Positions 27,940 to 38,516 of a DNA stretch of 44,644 nt are shown in pieces. The stretch is from an uncultured Clostridia bacterium (GTDB lineage: Bacteria; Bacillota; Clostridia; TANB77; CAG-508). Made by a program: the position numbers and the translations under genes. Under the pieces are notes generated by a model. That model saw only the letters and a list, made by a program, of their open reading frames with translations. It did not search any database and was not told where the DNA came from. Every line of letters begins with the position of its first letter. Position 1 is the first letter of the stretch. The stretch is from NCBI GenBank assembly GCA_944390295.1, contig CALXPV010000003.1, forward strand, positions 1 to 44,644, given 5' to 3'.

Positions 27940-30125
27940 ATAAATTAAAAAATATTTTCTATAAAATTATTCTAATAATACTGGCGGTCTTTGTGGCATA
28001 CGTTTGTTATTGTTCAGTATTTAAAATTTATGGAACACAAGAAGAATTAAAGCCAATAATCATAATAATAGGTACTATTTTTATGATTATTGGGCTTATA
28101 AGTGTTAAAAGAATCATAGATAAGGTTGATGAGAAAAAAGTTAATATAATTGCGATTATATTAACTATACTATTTTTTATTCTGATGAGTGTATTTGGTA
28201 ATATATATAAATCTGAACCTACTTATGATTTATCTGACGTAATAAGAGAAGCGAATGCAATGCTTGAAAATAATGGTCAATTTCAAGATGAATTTGGTTA
28301 TTTTAAATCATGCACAAACCAAATACCTTTAGCAATAATGGTTTATTTGATTTTTAAACTTGGATCCATATTAGGATTTGGTGGAAATTCTTTGATGGGG
28401 TTTGCTACTGTAATAAATTCACTATTTATAGCAATTACTGCATTTTTTACATATTTGTCAGTCAAAAAGATGAAAGACTGCAAAGCAGGCTTAATAACTT
28501 TATTGTTTTTTGTTTTAAATCCAATTTTCTATTTGTTTAGTTCATATTTTTACACAGATACTATGTGTATGCCTTTTGCGGCAATAGGTATGTATTTATT
28601 AATATGCTCAATACAAAACCAAGAAATTAAAAAGAAAATTATCTATAGCGTATTATCTGGTTTGGTTTTAGCAATAGGATTTAAAATTAGAGTAGTAATT
28701 GGAATATTAATAATTGGATTTATTATTGCTCAATTTTTAAATAAAGATAGTATAAAAAATAAAGTTATTCCTATTTTTGCTATAATAATAGGATTTATTA
28801 TTGGAGTAATATCTTTTACAATTTTTTCAGAACAATTTGGAATAATAGAAGATAAAAATGAAGAGTTACCTGTAACACATTATTTAATGTATGGTGTAAA
28901 TTTAGAAAAAGACGGCAAATGGAATGCAGAAGACTATAATTATACAACAAGTAATGAAACACATGATGAGAAGGTTGAAGCAAATATAAAGAAAATAAAA
29001 GAAAGACTAAAAGATTTAAAACTATCTGGATTATATGATTTAATATTACAAAAACTTGCTGTAAATTGGTCAAATGGTGATTATGATATAACTGCAAAAT
29101 TAAACTTTGTTGTTGAGGACAAAGCTACAGGTTACGAATTTATAGAAGGAAATAAAAATATTTTCCTAAAATATTATTTGCAGATTTGTAAGTTAACAGT
29201 AATGTTACTATTTTTTGTGGCAATACTTACAGAATTTAAGTCAAGTGGAAACTTTAAATATATTTATATATCAATATTTGGAATGTTTGCCTTTTACTTA
29301 TTGTGGGAAGTATTATCAAGATATAGTTTAACATGTTTGCCATGGATAATACTATTAATTTACATCGGCTTGGAAAAGATTCAAAAAATTATTGAAGTAA
29401 AAAAAGTAAAATTAATATTTTATAATAATAAAGAAAAAACAATAAATACATCTAAAGTTATGAAAAATGTATTAATTATACTTACCGTTTTATCTGCATT
29501 ATTATTAATAATTAATTTTGACAAGTATTGTATTCAAAAAGATGTTTATTATGATAAAGTTACAATGCTTAGAAAAGGTAATTCAGAAGGAATTATAGAA
29601 GATATATATAACAAAAAAATAGAGCAGACATTTGTAGCAAATAAAAAATTTAATAGTATAACTTTAAATTTTAACAAAGACAATGCGAATACTACTAACA
29701 ATAAATATTATTTTGTACTATTAGATGAACAAGAAAATGAATTAGTAAGACAAGAATTTTATAGTAAAGATATTAAAGACGGATTAAATAAAAAATTCAA
29801 ATTTGATTATATTAAACCAAATGGAAAACAAAAATATAAAATTTTAATATATACAGAAGATAATTTAGAAGATTCTATAAATCTAGCTGGGTATAGTGGA
29901 GGAAATAGCTATAATGTATATCCTACTGGAGATATAAAAATAAATGGGGAAGATGTAAAGAACTTAGACTTGTTACTAAAAGTAGAAAACCAAAATAAAA
30001 GAACATACATGAACTGGAAACAATACATTATTATTAGTATTATGATTTTAATAATAGAATTTTTAATATACTATTTATATAATAGAAAAGATACATTACT
30101 GTTAGAAGAATCAATTTCAAAATAA
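27933..30125 (+). CDS. GT-C-fold membrane glycosyltransferase (PMT/GT39-like) with extracellular C-terminal domain
   Basis: Multiple TMs; PTYD, FYTDT, WEVLSRY; soluble beta-rich domain and final TM; located in the tag locus. Confidence 0.72.
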   Translation: MLDKLKNIFYKIILIILAVFVAYVCYCSVFKIYGTQEELKPIIIIIGTIFMIIGLISVKRIIDKVDEKKVNIIAIILTILFFILMSVFGNIYKSEPTYDLSDVIREANAMLENNGQFQDEFGYFKSCTNQIPLAIMVYLIFKLGSILGFGGNSLMGFATVINSLFIAITAFFTYLSVKKMKDCKAGLITLLFFVLNPIFYLFSSYFYTDTMCMPFAAIGMYLLICSIQNQEIKKKIIYSVLSGLVLAIGFKIRVVIGILIIGFIIAQFLNKDSIKNKVIPIFAIIIGFIIGVISFTIFSEQFGIIEDKNEELPVTHYLMYGVNLEKDGKWNAEDYNYTTSNETHDEKVEANIKKIKERLKDLKLSGLYDLILQKLAVNWSNGDYDITAKLNFVVEDKATGYEFIEGNKNIFLKYYLQICKLTVMLLFFVAILTEFKSSGNFKYIYISIFGMFAFYLLWEVLSRYSLTCLPWIILLIYIGLEKIQKIIEVKKVKLIFYNNKEKTINTSKVMKNVLIILTVLSALLLIINFDKYCIQKDVYYDKVTMLRKGNSEGIIEDIYNKKIEQTFVANKKFNSITLNFNKDNANTTNNKYYFVLLDEQENELVRQEFYSKDIKDGLNKKFKFDYIKPNGKQKYKILIYTEDNLEDSINLAGYSGGNSYNVYPTGDIKINGEDVKNLDLLLKVENQNKRTYMNWKQYIIISIMILIIEFLIYYLYNRKDTLLLEESISK

Positions 30126-30162
30126 GAAACATCAAACAATGCAAAAACACAGGAGGAATATA

Positions 30163-32826
30163 ATGAAAAATGCAAAGTATAAATTTTCTGTAGTCATTCC
30201 AATATATAATACAGAACAATATCTAGAAGAAACTGTTGAATCTGTAATAAATCAAACATTTGGCTTCGAAAAAAATATACAAATTATTTTTGTTAATGAT
30301 GGTAGCAAAGATAATAGTAAAGAAATATGTTTAAGATATAAAGAAAAATACCCAAATAATATAATTTATGTGGAACAAAAAAATGCAGGAGTAAGTAGTG
30401 CAAGAAATAATGGAATGAATTATATAGAAGGTGAATATGTAAATTTCTTAGATAGTGACGATAAATGGGATAAGGAAGCATTTAAAGAAATATATAAATT
30501 TTTTAAAGAAAATAAAAATATAATGATTGCAAGTGGAAGAAAAAAATTTTTTGAAGCAAGAGAAGATTACCATTTATTAGATTATAAGTTTGAAGAGACA
30601 AAAGTTGTAGATATATTAAAAGAATACCAATTTATACAACTACATATAACATCTACTTTTATAAAAAGCGAAATTGCAAAAAAATATAAATTTAACGAAG
30701 ACTTAAGATATGGCGAAGATGCAAGTTATTTAAATGAAATAATTCTTAAAGAAAGATATTATGGAGTTGTAAGAGAAGCGTTACATTATTATAGAAAAAG
30801 ACTATCTGAAACATCAGCTGTACAAAACAAAGAAAAATCAATAGATTGGTATACTAAAACAATTGAAAAATTTTATAAGAATCTTATAAATAAATCAATA
30901 GAAAATTATGGGAAAGTTATAGAATATATCCAATATTTATTAATGTATGATATTAGATATAGATTTACAAATAAATTGCCAGATTTTCTAGAACCAGAAC
31001 TTAAAGAAAAATACATAGATGACCTTAAGTATTTGCTAAGCCAAATTGAAGATTACATAATTTCAGAAGCTAAGAACTCAAATTCTGAATACAAATTATA
31101 TGCATTATCATTAAAGTATGGCAAAGATATAAGAAAAGAATTAGAATACGATGATGGAAAATTATATTTTAATAATGTTTTAGTAAATAAAATTAGAGCC
31201 AATAAATCTATTTTTAAAATAGATATTTTAGAAGTAGAGGATGAGAATTTAGTTATAGAAGGAAGAGTTCAAACTGTTTTTCCTAAAAAAGACTACGAGA
31301 TATTTATACTTTGTGACGAGAAAAATAAAATAAAATTAAATTTAACTGAAGGAAAAAAGTCTATTATTGCTAAGAATGCATTTATATTGGATAAACAAGT
31401 AATTTATTATTATACATATAAAGCAATAATTCCATTGAAGAAGTGTAAAAAATTAAACTTCATTTTTGAATATAAAAATGCAGGAGAAGATAAGCTTTTT
31501 ATAAGATTTGGAAAATTTGCAAAACTTTCTAATTATTCAGAATCATACTATGCAAAAGGAAAATATATTTTAAAATATTCAAAGAAAAGTATAAAAGTAA
31601 AGAAAAATACATTAAAAAACAGATTAAAAAGAGAAATAAAAAATATGCTTTTCTTATTAAAAAAAAGAGAAATAAAAGTAATTTTTACAAGATTAATATA
31701 TTTTTTAATTCACAAGTTTTATAAAAAAGAAATATGGCTAATTTCAGATAGAAATAATATGGCAAAAGATAATGGGGAAGAATTTTTTAAATATGTAAAT
31801 ACTGTAAATAATAAAAATATAAAACCATATTTTGTAATTAGCAAAAAAAGCGAAGACTACAAAAGAATGAAAGAAATAGGAAATGTAATAAAAATAAAAA
31901 CATTAAAACATAAATTATATTTTATGATGGCATCTAAAATTATTTCTTCACAAGCTAACGACTATGTAATTAATGCTTTTGGGAAAAAAGAAAGATTTTA
32001 TAAAGATTTAGAAAATTTTAGTTTTGTATTTTTACAACATGGAATAACAAAAGAAGATTTGTCAGCTTGGCTTAAAAAGTTTGATAAAAATATAAAACTA
32101 TTTGTAACAGCGGCTAGAAAAGAATATGATTCTATAGTAAATGGAAATTATTATTATACAGAAAATGAAGTAAAATTAACTGGTTTCCCTAGATTTGATA
32201 AGCTAGAAAACAACATGCAAAAAAGTATTGTAATATGGCCAACACAAAGAAGATCATTAGTTGAATGGAATCCAAAAGAGAAAGTTAATTTTTCATATAA
32301 TCCTTATTTTAAAGATTCTGACTGTTACAAATTTTATAATGGACTTATAAATGATGAAAGAATCTTGAAAGTCTTAAAAGAAAAAGGATATAAAATGAGA
32401 TTTGCGCTTCATCCACTACATAGAAAGCAAGCCAAAGACTTTAAAGAAAATGAATATGTAAAAGTTATAAAGGAATCTATTAATTTTGATAAAGAATTTG
32501 CAGAAAATGCTTTATTGGTAACAGATTATTCAAGTGTAGCATTTGATTTTGCTTATTTAAGAAAAAAAGTAATATATACAGAATTTGATAGAGAAGAATT
32601 TTTTAAAGGACAAGTATACGATAAAGGATATTTTGATGTAGAGAAAGATGGATTTGGTCCAGTTTGTTACGATTATGAAAGCACTGTTCAAACAATTATA
32701 GATGCAGTAAATAATGATTGTAAAATAGAAGAAGAATACCTAAAAAGAATAGATAGTTTTTACTATAAATTTGATAAAGATAATTCTAAGCGTGTATATG
32801 AAGCTATATTAGAATTAGATAGATAA
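30163..32826 (+). CDS. Bifunctional GT2 / CDP-glycerol glycerophosphotransferase family protein
   Basis: SVVIPIYN, VNDGS, SARN, FLDSDD (GT2); DNGE, FLQHG, GFPRFD, LHP, TDYSS. AGGAGG RBS favours ATG 30163 (ORF track starts 30139). Confidence 0.9.
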   Translation: MKNAKYKFSVVIPIYNTEQYLEETVESVINQTFGFEKNIQIIFVNDGSKDNSKEICLRYKEKYPNNIIYVEQKNAGVSSARNNGMNYIEGEYVNFLDSDDKWDKEAFKEIYKFFKENKNIMIASGRKKFFEAREDYHLLDYKFEETKVVDILKEYQFIQLHITSTFIKSEIAKKYKFNEDLRYGEDASYLNEIILKERYYGVVREALHYYRKRLSETSAVQNKEKSIDWYTKTIEKFYKNLINKSIENYGKVIEYIQYLLMYDIRYRFTNKLPDFLEPELKEKYIDDLKYLLSQIEDYIISEAKNSNSEYKLYALSLKYGKDIRKELEYDDGKLYFNNVLVNKIRANKSIFKIDILEVEDENLVIEGRVQTVFPKKDYEIFILCDEKNKIKLNLTEGKKSIIAKNAFILDKQVIYYYTYKAIIPLKKCKKLNFIFEYKNAGEDKLFIRFGKFAKLSNYSESYYAKGKYILKYSKKSIKVKKNTLKNRLKREIKNMLFLLKKREIKVIFTRLIYFLIHKFYKKEIWLISDRNNMAKDNGEEFFKYVNTVNNKNIKPYFVISKKSEDYKRMKEIGNVIKIKTLKHKLYFMMASKIISSQANDYVINAFGKKERFYKDLENFSFVFLQHGITKEDLSAWLKKFDKNIKLFVTAARKEYDSIVNGNYYYTENEVKLTGFPRFDKLENNMQKSIVIWPTQRRSLVEWNPKEKVNFSYNPYFKDSDCYKFYNGLINDERILKVLKEKGYKMRFALHPLHRKQAKDFKENEYVKVIKESINFDKEFAENALLVTDYSSVAFDFAYLRKKVIYTEFDREEFFKGQVYDKGYFDVEKDGFGPVCYDYESTVQTIIDAVNNDCKIEEEYLKRIDSFYYKFDKDNSKRVYEAILELDR

Positions 32827-32854
32827 TTTTTTATAAAAGGAATGAACATTCTAT

Positions 32855-34747
32855 ATGAGTGAAATTAAAATAAACAGAGATGAAAATTATATATACATAC
32901 AAAAAGAAAGAACAAGAAAAACAGAAAATGATACTGAAAAGTTAGATTTAAATTTTGTAAGAGCAGAAAAAAAATTAAAATTAAATATAAAAGCAACAAA
33001 TAAAGATTACTATAATAAAATAATATTTTTAGATAAAATTTCAGAAGAGGAATATATATGTGTATATTCTGAAGAAAATATTTTATATGTAACAATAGAT
33101 ACTATAGAAGAAATATATAAAGAATTAGTAAAAGTTTTATATAAAGTAATAAAAGTATCATTAACCAGAAAATATGTTAAAGTTTTATTTTTTGCATATA
33201 TTGTAAATCCATATAAATTAAAAATAGATAAAATTACTTTTAATATAGATTCTAAAAATGAAAAAGAATTAAAACTAATACAACGAAAAAGAAAATTAAG
33301 TAAAGTACAATTACTTAAATCAGGACAACTTTATAATGTAAAAATAAAATTAGCGGATTTACTAAATAGTGATGAAGCAATTAATAATTATTTTTCAACG
33401 AACTTAAAAATAAATGATGTTATTGTTCCATATAAAATGGCTATGAAGGCAAAAAAACACAAAAAAAGTGTATATTATAATTTACCTATTAAAAGTAAAT
33501 ATACTAAAAACTCAGCAGTACATATAAGAAGGACAATTTTTGGTAATTTAATTTTAGTTAAAAGACCTATGGAATATCCAGAGCAAACATTAAAGTTTAG
33601 AATTTTAGAATCTAAATTAGTATCTTTCTTTATGTATCATATAGGTAAGATTCTAGCAAAACATCAAAGAAAAAATGTAAATATTTTTTATGAAAAATTT
33701 GCCTCAAAAGTTGAAGAAGGAGTATTCGAACTATTTAAAAAGTGTAAAGCAGAAAGCAAAAAGTCTAAAAATTATTTTGTTATAGATAAAAACTCAGAAG
33801 ATTATGCAAAAATAAAAAATGAAAAAAACGTAGTTAAAAAATATAGTTTTAAATATTATTGGCTAATATATAAAGCAAACTATTTTATAGCATCAGAAGC
33901 ACCAAGTCATTTAAATATTTTAAGATCAAATAATAAATATTTTAGAAAAGCTACATATGATAAAAAATTGATATTTTTACAACATGGTATAATTTATATG
34001 AAAAATTTAGGATTAAATTCTTCATTTAAAAAAGGAAAAGAAGGAGAATCTATTCTTTTTCTTGCAAGTAGCGAAAAAGAAAGAGATGTTATTGTTGACA
34101 TGTTAGATTATTCTGAGGAAGAAATAATGAAAACAGGACTTTTAATGTATGATGCAATAAAATATAAGCATATAAATGAAGAATCTAAAGATATAGTAAC
34201 AGTAATGTTAACGTGGAAACCATATGAAGAAAGTTTATTTGATTTTAAAGAATCATCATATTATAAATATACTATAGATTTATATAATATGCTAAAAGAA
34301 AAAATTGATACAAAAAATATAAGAATAATACCGCATCCAAAAGCAAAAGCGATGTTAATGCAAACAGATTTGAAAGACTTATTATGGGATGGTAAAATTT
34401 CAGAAGTTTTAGAAGAAACAAAATTACTTATAACAGATTATTCTTCTATTTGTTATAATGCGTTTTATCAAGGAGCTGGTGTAATTTTTTATCAACCAGA
34501 TTTAGAAAAATATGAAGAAGAAAATGGAAAGCTAATACCAAATGATGATGAATATATTGGTTATAGAGTACTTAACAATAATGATTTAGAAAAGGTATTA
34601 GATAAGATTATAGAAAATAAAAAAATAAAATTAAGTGAAGCAAGAACAAAAGAACAAGAAAAAATATATGAAACAATAAACGAATTTCATGATGGAAAAA
34701 ATACAGAAAGAGTATTAAAGAAACTAAAAGAAGAAAAAATTATATAG
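32855..34747 (+). CDS. CDP-glycerol glycerophosphotransferase family protein with N-terminal extension
   Basis: FLQHG, MLTWK, IPHP, ITDYSS, FYQ in the C-terminal half. Confidence 0.85.
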   Translation: MSEIKINRDENYIYIQKERTRKTENDTEKLDLNFVRAEKKLKLNIKATNKDYYNKIIFLDKISEEEYICVYSEENILYVTIDTIEEIYKELVKVLYKVIKVSLTRKYVKVLFFAYIVNPYKLKIDKITFNIDSKNEKELKLIQRKRKLSKVQLLKSGQLYNVKIKLADLLNSDEAINNYFSTNLKINDVIVPYKMAMKAKKHKKSVYYNLPIKSKYTKNSAVHIRRTIFGNLILVKRPMEYPEQTLKFRILESKLVSFFMYHIGKILAKHQRKNVNIFYEKFASKVEEGVFELFKKCKAESKKSKNYFVIDKNSEDYAKIKNEKNVVKKYSFKYYWLIYKANYFIASEAPSHLNILRSNNKYFRKATYDKKLIFLQHGIIYMKNLGLNSSFKKGKEGESILFLASSEKERDVIVDMLDYSEEEIMKTGLLMYDAIKYKHINEESKDIVTVMLTWKPYEESLFDFKESSYYKYTIDLYNMLKEKIDTKNIRIIPHPKAKAMLMQTDLKDLLWDGKISEVLEETKLLITDYSSICYNAFYQGAGVIFYQPDLEKYEEENGKLIPNDDEYIGYRVLNNNDLEKVLDKIIENKKIKLSEARTKEQEKIYETINEFHDGKNTERVLKKLKEEKII

Positions 34748-34757
34748 GAATTAAAAT

Positions 34758-36293
34758 ATGAAAACATTTAAAAATATAATAAAACAATTAATAAACATAT
34801 TATTTTTAATAATTATTATATACATTTTGGGAAATATATTATTACAAAAAGAAAGTTTAATGTTTAAATTTGATAACTTTAAATTATTATTTGTAACTAC
34901 TATATATACTGTATGTGTAGTTATATTATACAAACTTTTATCAAAACTAAAACAAAATAGATTAATAGTAGGAATAATATTGGGAATAATTTTAGTTATT
35001 CAATGTATCGTATCTTATCTATTTTGCGTAAAGCCTAGTTGGGACTTTGGAAAAGTTTTTAACGAAGCAACTAAATTTAATGTAATAATAGAAAATACGA
35101 AGTATTTTACTCAATGTGCTAATAATATTCCAATAATGCTAATATTTAAATCAATATTTTATATCTTTAGTTTTATTGGAACAAATAATTATTTGATTTT
35201 AGGAATTATTTTAAATATAATAATAATCGACAGTAGTATTTGGGTAGCATACTTATTGGTAAAAAGAATATTGGGAAGGAATAAAGCTCTTTTTGCATTA
35301 GTTTTATTTGCATTAAACCCAGCAATATATTTGTATGGACCAATATTTTATACAGATACACTAACAATGATTTTTCCAATTTTGATTTTATATTTGTACG
35401 TTTTATTAAAAGATGAAAATATTTCTAAAAAAAGGAAAACAGTTATTGCAATTTTGTTTGGGATTATAATGGCTGTTGGAATAATATTAAAATTTACAAT
35501 AGTAATTCCATTTATAGCAATAATTATTTATGAAGTCTTTTTTGATATATCAAAAAAGAATATAAAATTAAAATGCATTCAACTTGCTAAAATAATAATT
35601 GCGATGATAATAGTAGTATTATTACAAAAAATACTTTTAGTAAAGATAGTACCAAATTATACCGAAATGAAAGATAAGTCTTTACCTTTTCTTCATTTTA
35701 TAATGATGAGTATAGAAGGTGATGGTAGATTTAATCAAGATGATGTTGATTTTACTATGAGTTTAGATTTAGAAAATAGAAATGAAAAACTAATAGAAGA
35801 AATAAAAAACAGGATGCAAAAACATAATGAAAATAATGATTGGTATAATTTTATAACAAATAAGATGCTAACTACCTGGGGAGATGGGACATATTATATT
35901 CCTTGGCAATTAGAAAGAGAACCTGTACATAATGGCATACATCAGGAATTTATTTTTAGAGATGGAAAATATAAAAGTATTTATGCATACTACACACAAG
36001 CGCAACATATAACGATGTTTATTTTAATGATATTCTTAATATTCTATAAATTAGAAAGAAAAGATTTTAATTATAATATTTTAAAACTTACATTTATAGG
36101 ATTATTTTTAGTATTTATCATATATGAAGCAAAATCAAGATATATTGTAAATTTCATGCCGATTTTTGTAATTATGCAAGTAATTGATCTAGGAAATTTA
36201 AGTGCACTATTAAATAAAAAGCAGAAAGTAGAAGTAGATACACCACTGTTAGAGCATAAAAATAAACAGAAAAGAGAGCATAGCTTTTCATAA
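34758..36293 (+). CDS. GT-C-fold membrane glycosyltransferase (PMT/GT39-like)
   Basis: PSWDF, FYTDT, WGDG, YEAKSRY; shares motifs with 27933-30125. Confidence 0.72.
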   Translation: MKTFKNIIKQLINILFLIIIIYILGNILLQKESLMFKFDNFKLLFVTTIYTVCVVILYKLLSKLKQNRLIVGIILGIILVIQCIVSYLFCVKPSWDFGKVFNEATKFNVIIENTKYFTQCANNIPIMLIFKSIFYIFSFIGTNNYLILGIILNIIIIDSSIWVAYLLVKRILGRNKALFALVLFALNPAIYLYGPIFYTDTLTMIFPILILYLYVLLKDENISKKRKTVIAILFGIIMAVGIILKFTIVIPFIAIIIYEVFFDISKKNIKLKCIQLAKIIIAMIIVVLLQKILLVKIVPNYTEMKDKSLPFLHFIMMSIEGDGRFNQDDVDFTMSLDLENRNEKLIEEIKNRMQKHNENNDWYNFITNKMLTTWGDGTYYIPWQLEREPVHNGIHQEFIFRDGKYKSIYAYYTQAQHITMFILMIFLIFYKLERKDFNYNILKLTFIGLFLVFIIYEAKSRYIVNFMPIFVIMQVIDLGNLSALLNKKQKVEVDTPLLEHKNKQKREHSFS

Positions 36294-36334
36294 AAGTTAT
36301 AATTATAAGAAATTAACGAAATGGAGTAGGAAAA

Positions 36335-37141
36335 TTGAGTCAAATAGTAACAATATTAAAAGAACATTGGGAATATAGAAAACAAATATTTAAATTGGCC
36401 AAGGCTGATTTAATAAAAACATATAGAGGAGCAGCTTTAGGCTGGTCATGGGCTATAATAAAACCAACAATTACAATTTTTGTATATTGGTTTGCATTTA
36501 CTATAGGTTTAAGATCTGGTAAACCTGTAAACGAATATCCATTCTTCTTATGGTTAATAGCAGGTTTAATACCATGGTTTTATATGTCTGATATGATAGT
36601 AGCTGGAGCAAATTGTATAAGGAAATATAATTACTTGGTAACGAAAATGAAATATCCAGTAAGTACAATACCTACATTTGTAAATATATCAAAATTAGCA
36701 ATTACTTTAATTTTAATAGTTATTATGATTATTATATTTGCTTGTTTGGGTTATGCACCAGATATTTATTTATTACAGTTACCAATATACATTATATTAG
36801 CATTTTTACTATTTAATTTATGGGGATTTTTTGCATCATTTTTAGGAGCAATAAGTAAAGACTTTATAAATTTAGTAAAATCTTTTATAACTGCACTATT
36901 CTGGCTTTCAGGAGTGTTATGGAATCCAAATACAGTAACCATAGGATGGGTAAGAAAATTTTTAAATTTAAATCCAATTACATTTATTGCAAATGGATTT
37001 AGAAATTGTTTTATAGATAAAGTTTGGATTTGGGAACAGCCAAAAAGATTATTATATTTTGTAATAATTTTAGTAATATTATTAATAGCAGGACTTTGGG
37101 CATATAAAAAATTAAGAAAAGATATCCCAGATGTATTATAA
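36335..37141 (+). CDS. tagG: Teichoic acid ABC transporter permease
   Basis: Y.G..LG..W...P, GLIPW, KMKYP, NPI...GFR ABC-2 motifs; TTG start. Confidence 0.88.
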   Translation: MSQIVTILKEHWEYRKQIFKLAKADLIKTYRGAALGWSWAIIKPTITIFVYWFAFTIGLRSGKPVNEYPFFLWLIAGLIPWFYMSDMIVAGANCIRKYNYLVTKMKYPVSTIPTFVNISKLAITLILIVIMIIIFACLGYAPDIYLLQLPIYIILAFLLFNLWGFFASFLGAISKDFINLVKSFITALFWLSGVLWNPNTVTIGWVRKFLNLNPITFIANGFRNCFIDKVWIWEQPKRLLYFVIILVILLIAGLWAYKKLRKDIPDVL

Positions 37142-37151
37142 GGAGTAGATA

Positions 37152-37895
37152 ATGGATAAAGATGTTGTAATAAAATTTAATCATGTTACAAAAAGATATA
37201 AATTGTATAAAAATGATAAGCAAAGATTATTAGGTATATTTTTAAAAAAAGTAAAATATAAAGAAAAAAATGCAGTAGATGATGTGACTTTTGACATAAA
37301 AAGAGGAGAATCGGTTGCAATATTTGGTAAAAATGGTGCAGGAAAATCTACTATTTTAAAAATGATAACAGGAGTAGCTTTTCAAACTACTGGAGATATA
37401 GAAGTAAATGGAAGAGTTAGTGCACTATTAGAGCTAACCGCTGGATTTGACCCAGAGTTTACAGGAAGAGAAAATATATACCTAAAAGGTCAAATATTAG
37501 GACTAAATGATAGTGAAATTAAAAAAATAGAAAATAAAATAGTTAATTTTGCAGAACTTGAAGAATATATAGATCAGCCTGTAAGAACATATTCTAGTGG
37601 TATGAAGGCAAGATTAGGTTTTTCTATTAATGTTAATATAGAACCAGAAATCTTAATTGTAGACGAAGCATTAAGCGTAGGAGACGAACAATTTAAGAAC
37701 AAATGTATAACAAAGATAAATAAGTTGATAAAAAAAGAAAATGTAACTTTATTATTTGTTACACACTCTACTGCTACAGCTACAGAATTTTGTAAACGTG
37801 GATTGATAATGAAAAAAGGAAAGTTAATATTTGATGGAGATATAAAAGACGCAGAAGCAAAATATAAAGATATGATAAAAAATAAAAAATTATAG
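37152..37895 (+). CDS. tagH: Teichoic acid ABC transporter ATP-binding protein
   Basis: GKNGAGKST, ELTAGF, TGREN, YSSGMKARLGF, IVDEALSVGD. Confidence 0.9.
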   Translation: MDKDVVIKFNHVTKRYKLYKNDKQRLLGIFLKKVKYKEKNAVDDVTFDIKRGESVAIFGKNGAGKSTILKMITGVAFQTTGDIEVNGRVSALLELTAGFDPEFTGRENIYLKGQILGLNDSEIKKIENKIVNFAELEEYIDQPVRTYSSGMKARLGFSINVNIEPEILIVDEALSVGDEQFKNKCITKINKLIKKENVTLLFVTHSTATATEFCKRGLIMKKGKLIFDGDIKDAEAKYKDMIKNKKL

Positions 37896-37919
37896 TTTGG
37901 GGAAATATAAATAACTATT

Positions 37920-37961
37920 AAAAGCGTATTTAAAAGATTTAATCTTTAGATACGCTTTTTT
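37920..37961 (+). terminator. Intrinsic terminator after tagH
   Basis: AAAAGCGTAT...AAAGATT-T-AATCTTT...ATACGCTTTT followed by T's. Confidence 0.75.
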
Positions 37962-38130
37962 GTGGTATAGGAAAAATTACTTTTTCCTATACCACAAAAA
38001 TAACATTGCACAGAAAAATTGCATAGCAATTTTTCGCGTCTACAAATCTTTACGCTTCTTCGAGAACTTAAATATAAATAGTTAAATAAAAAAGTAGAGA
38101 AAAGTTCTCGCGAAGCGAGATTTGTTCTAT
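37957..38130. repeat. Structured intergenic element, copy 1 (three stems; candidate ncRNA or REP/MITE-like element)
   Basis: 20-bp stem 37957-38000, linker TAACATTGCACA, 10-bp stem 38013-38035, GCG, long bulged stem 38042-38125, TCTAT; homologous to 44405-44554. Confidence 0.8.
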
Positions 38131-38168
38131 TAGAAAAACTTATATTTATTTTTCTAATCATATAAGAA

Positions 38169-38197
38169 TTTACATAAATAGAAAAATATGTTATAAT
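38169..38197 (+). promoter_or_regulatory. Sigma-A promoter of the hypothetical three-gene cassette
   Basis: TTTACA-17 nt-TATAAT with TG; AAGGAGG RBS before ATG 38241. Confidence 0.7.
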
Positions 38198-38240
38198 ATA
38201 TAATGTAACAAAATGGAAATACATAAGGAGGAACACAAAG

Positions 38241-38492
38241 ATGATGACGGACAGCAAGGATTTAGTTTCGGAAATAAACGAGATGATTGATTCGTTTATG
38301 AAGAAACCTCCAAAGACTCTTTCTCACAGAGGGAGAGTCTATTGTGAAACCGATCTTCTAGAAATCAAGACAGCGGTCAATGATTTGTTAGAAGATAAGG
38401 ACGCACCTGGAACTCAGGATATGCTTAAAGCATATTGCGACCAGGTTAAACAAATTACAGGGAAGGGGCAGGACAAGGGACAGCCTGCCTAG
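38241..38492 (+). CDS. Hypothetical protein (83 aa)
   Basis: Strong RBS and promoter; visibly GC-richer codon usage than neighbours. Confidence 0.7.
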   Translation: MMTDSKDLVSEINEMIDSFMKKPPKTLSHRGRVYCETDLLEIKTAVNDLLEDKDAPGTQDMLKAYCDQVKQITGKGQDKGQPA

Positions 38493-38516
38493 TCCCTATA
38501 TAAAAGGTGATTAAAA

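Noticed and set aside
37957-38130. CRISPR array, tRNA, T-box or hammerhead interpretation of the hairpin cluster
   Set aside because: No regularly spaced identical repeats, no cloverleaf or TTC loop, no T-box consensus, no CUGANGA/GAAA core on either strand.
37946-38257. 103-aa minus-strand ORF
   Set aside because: It spans the structured repeat and the promoter of 38241, has no convincing RBS, and no equivalent ORF is listed over copy 2.
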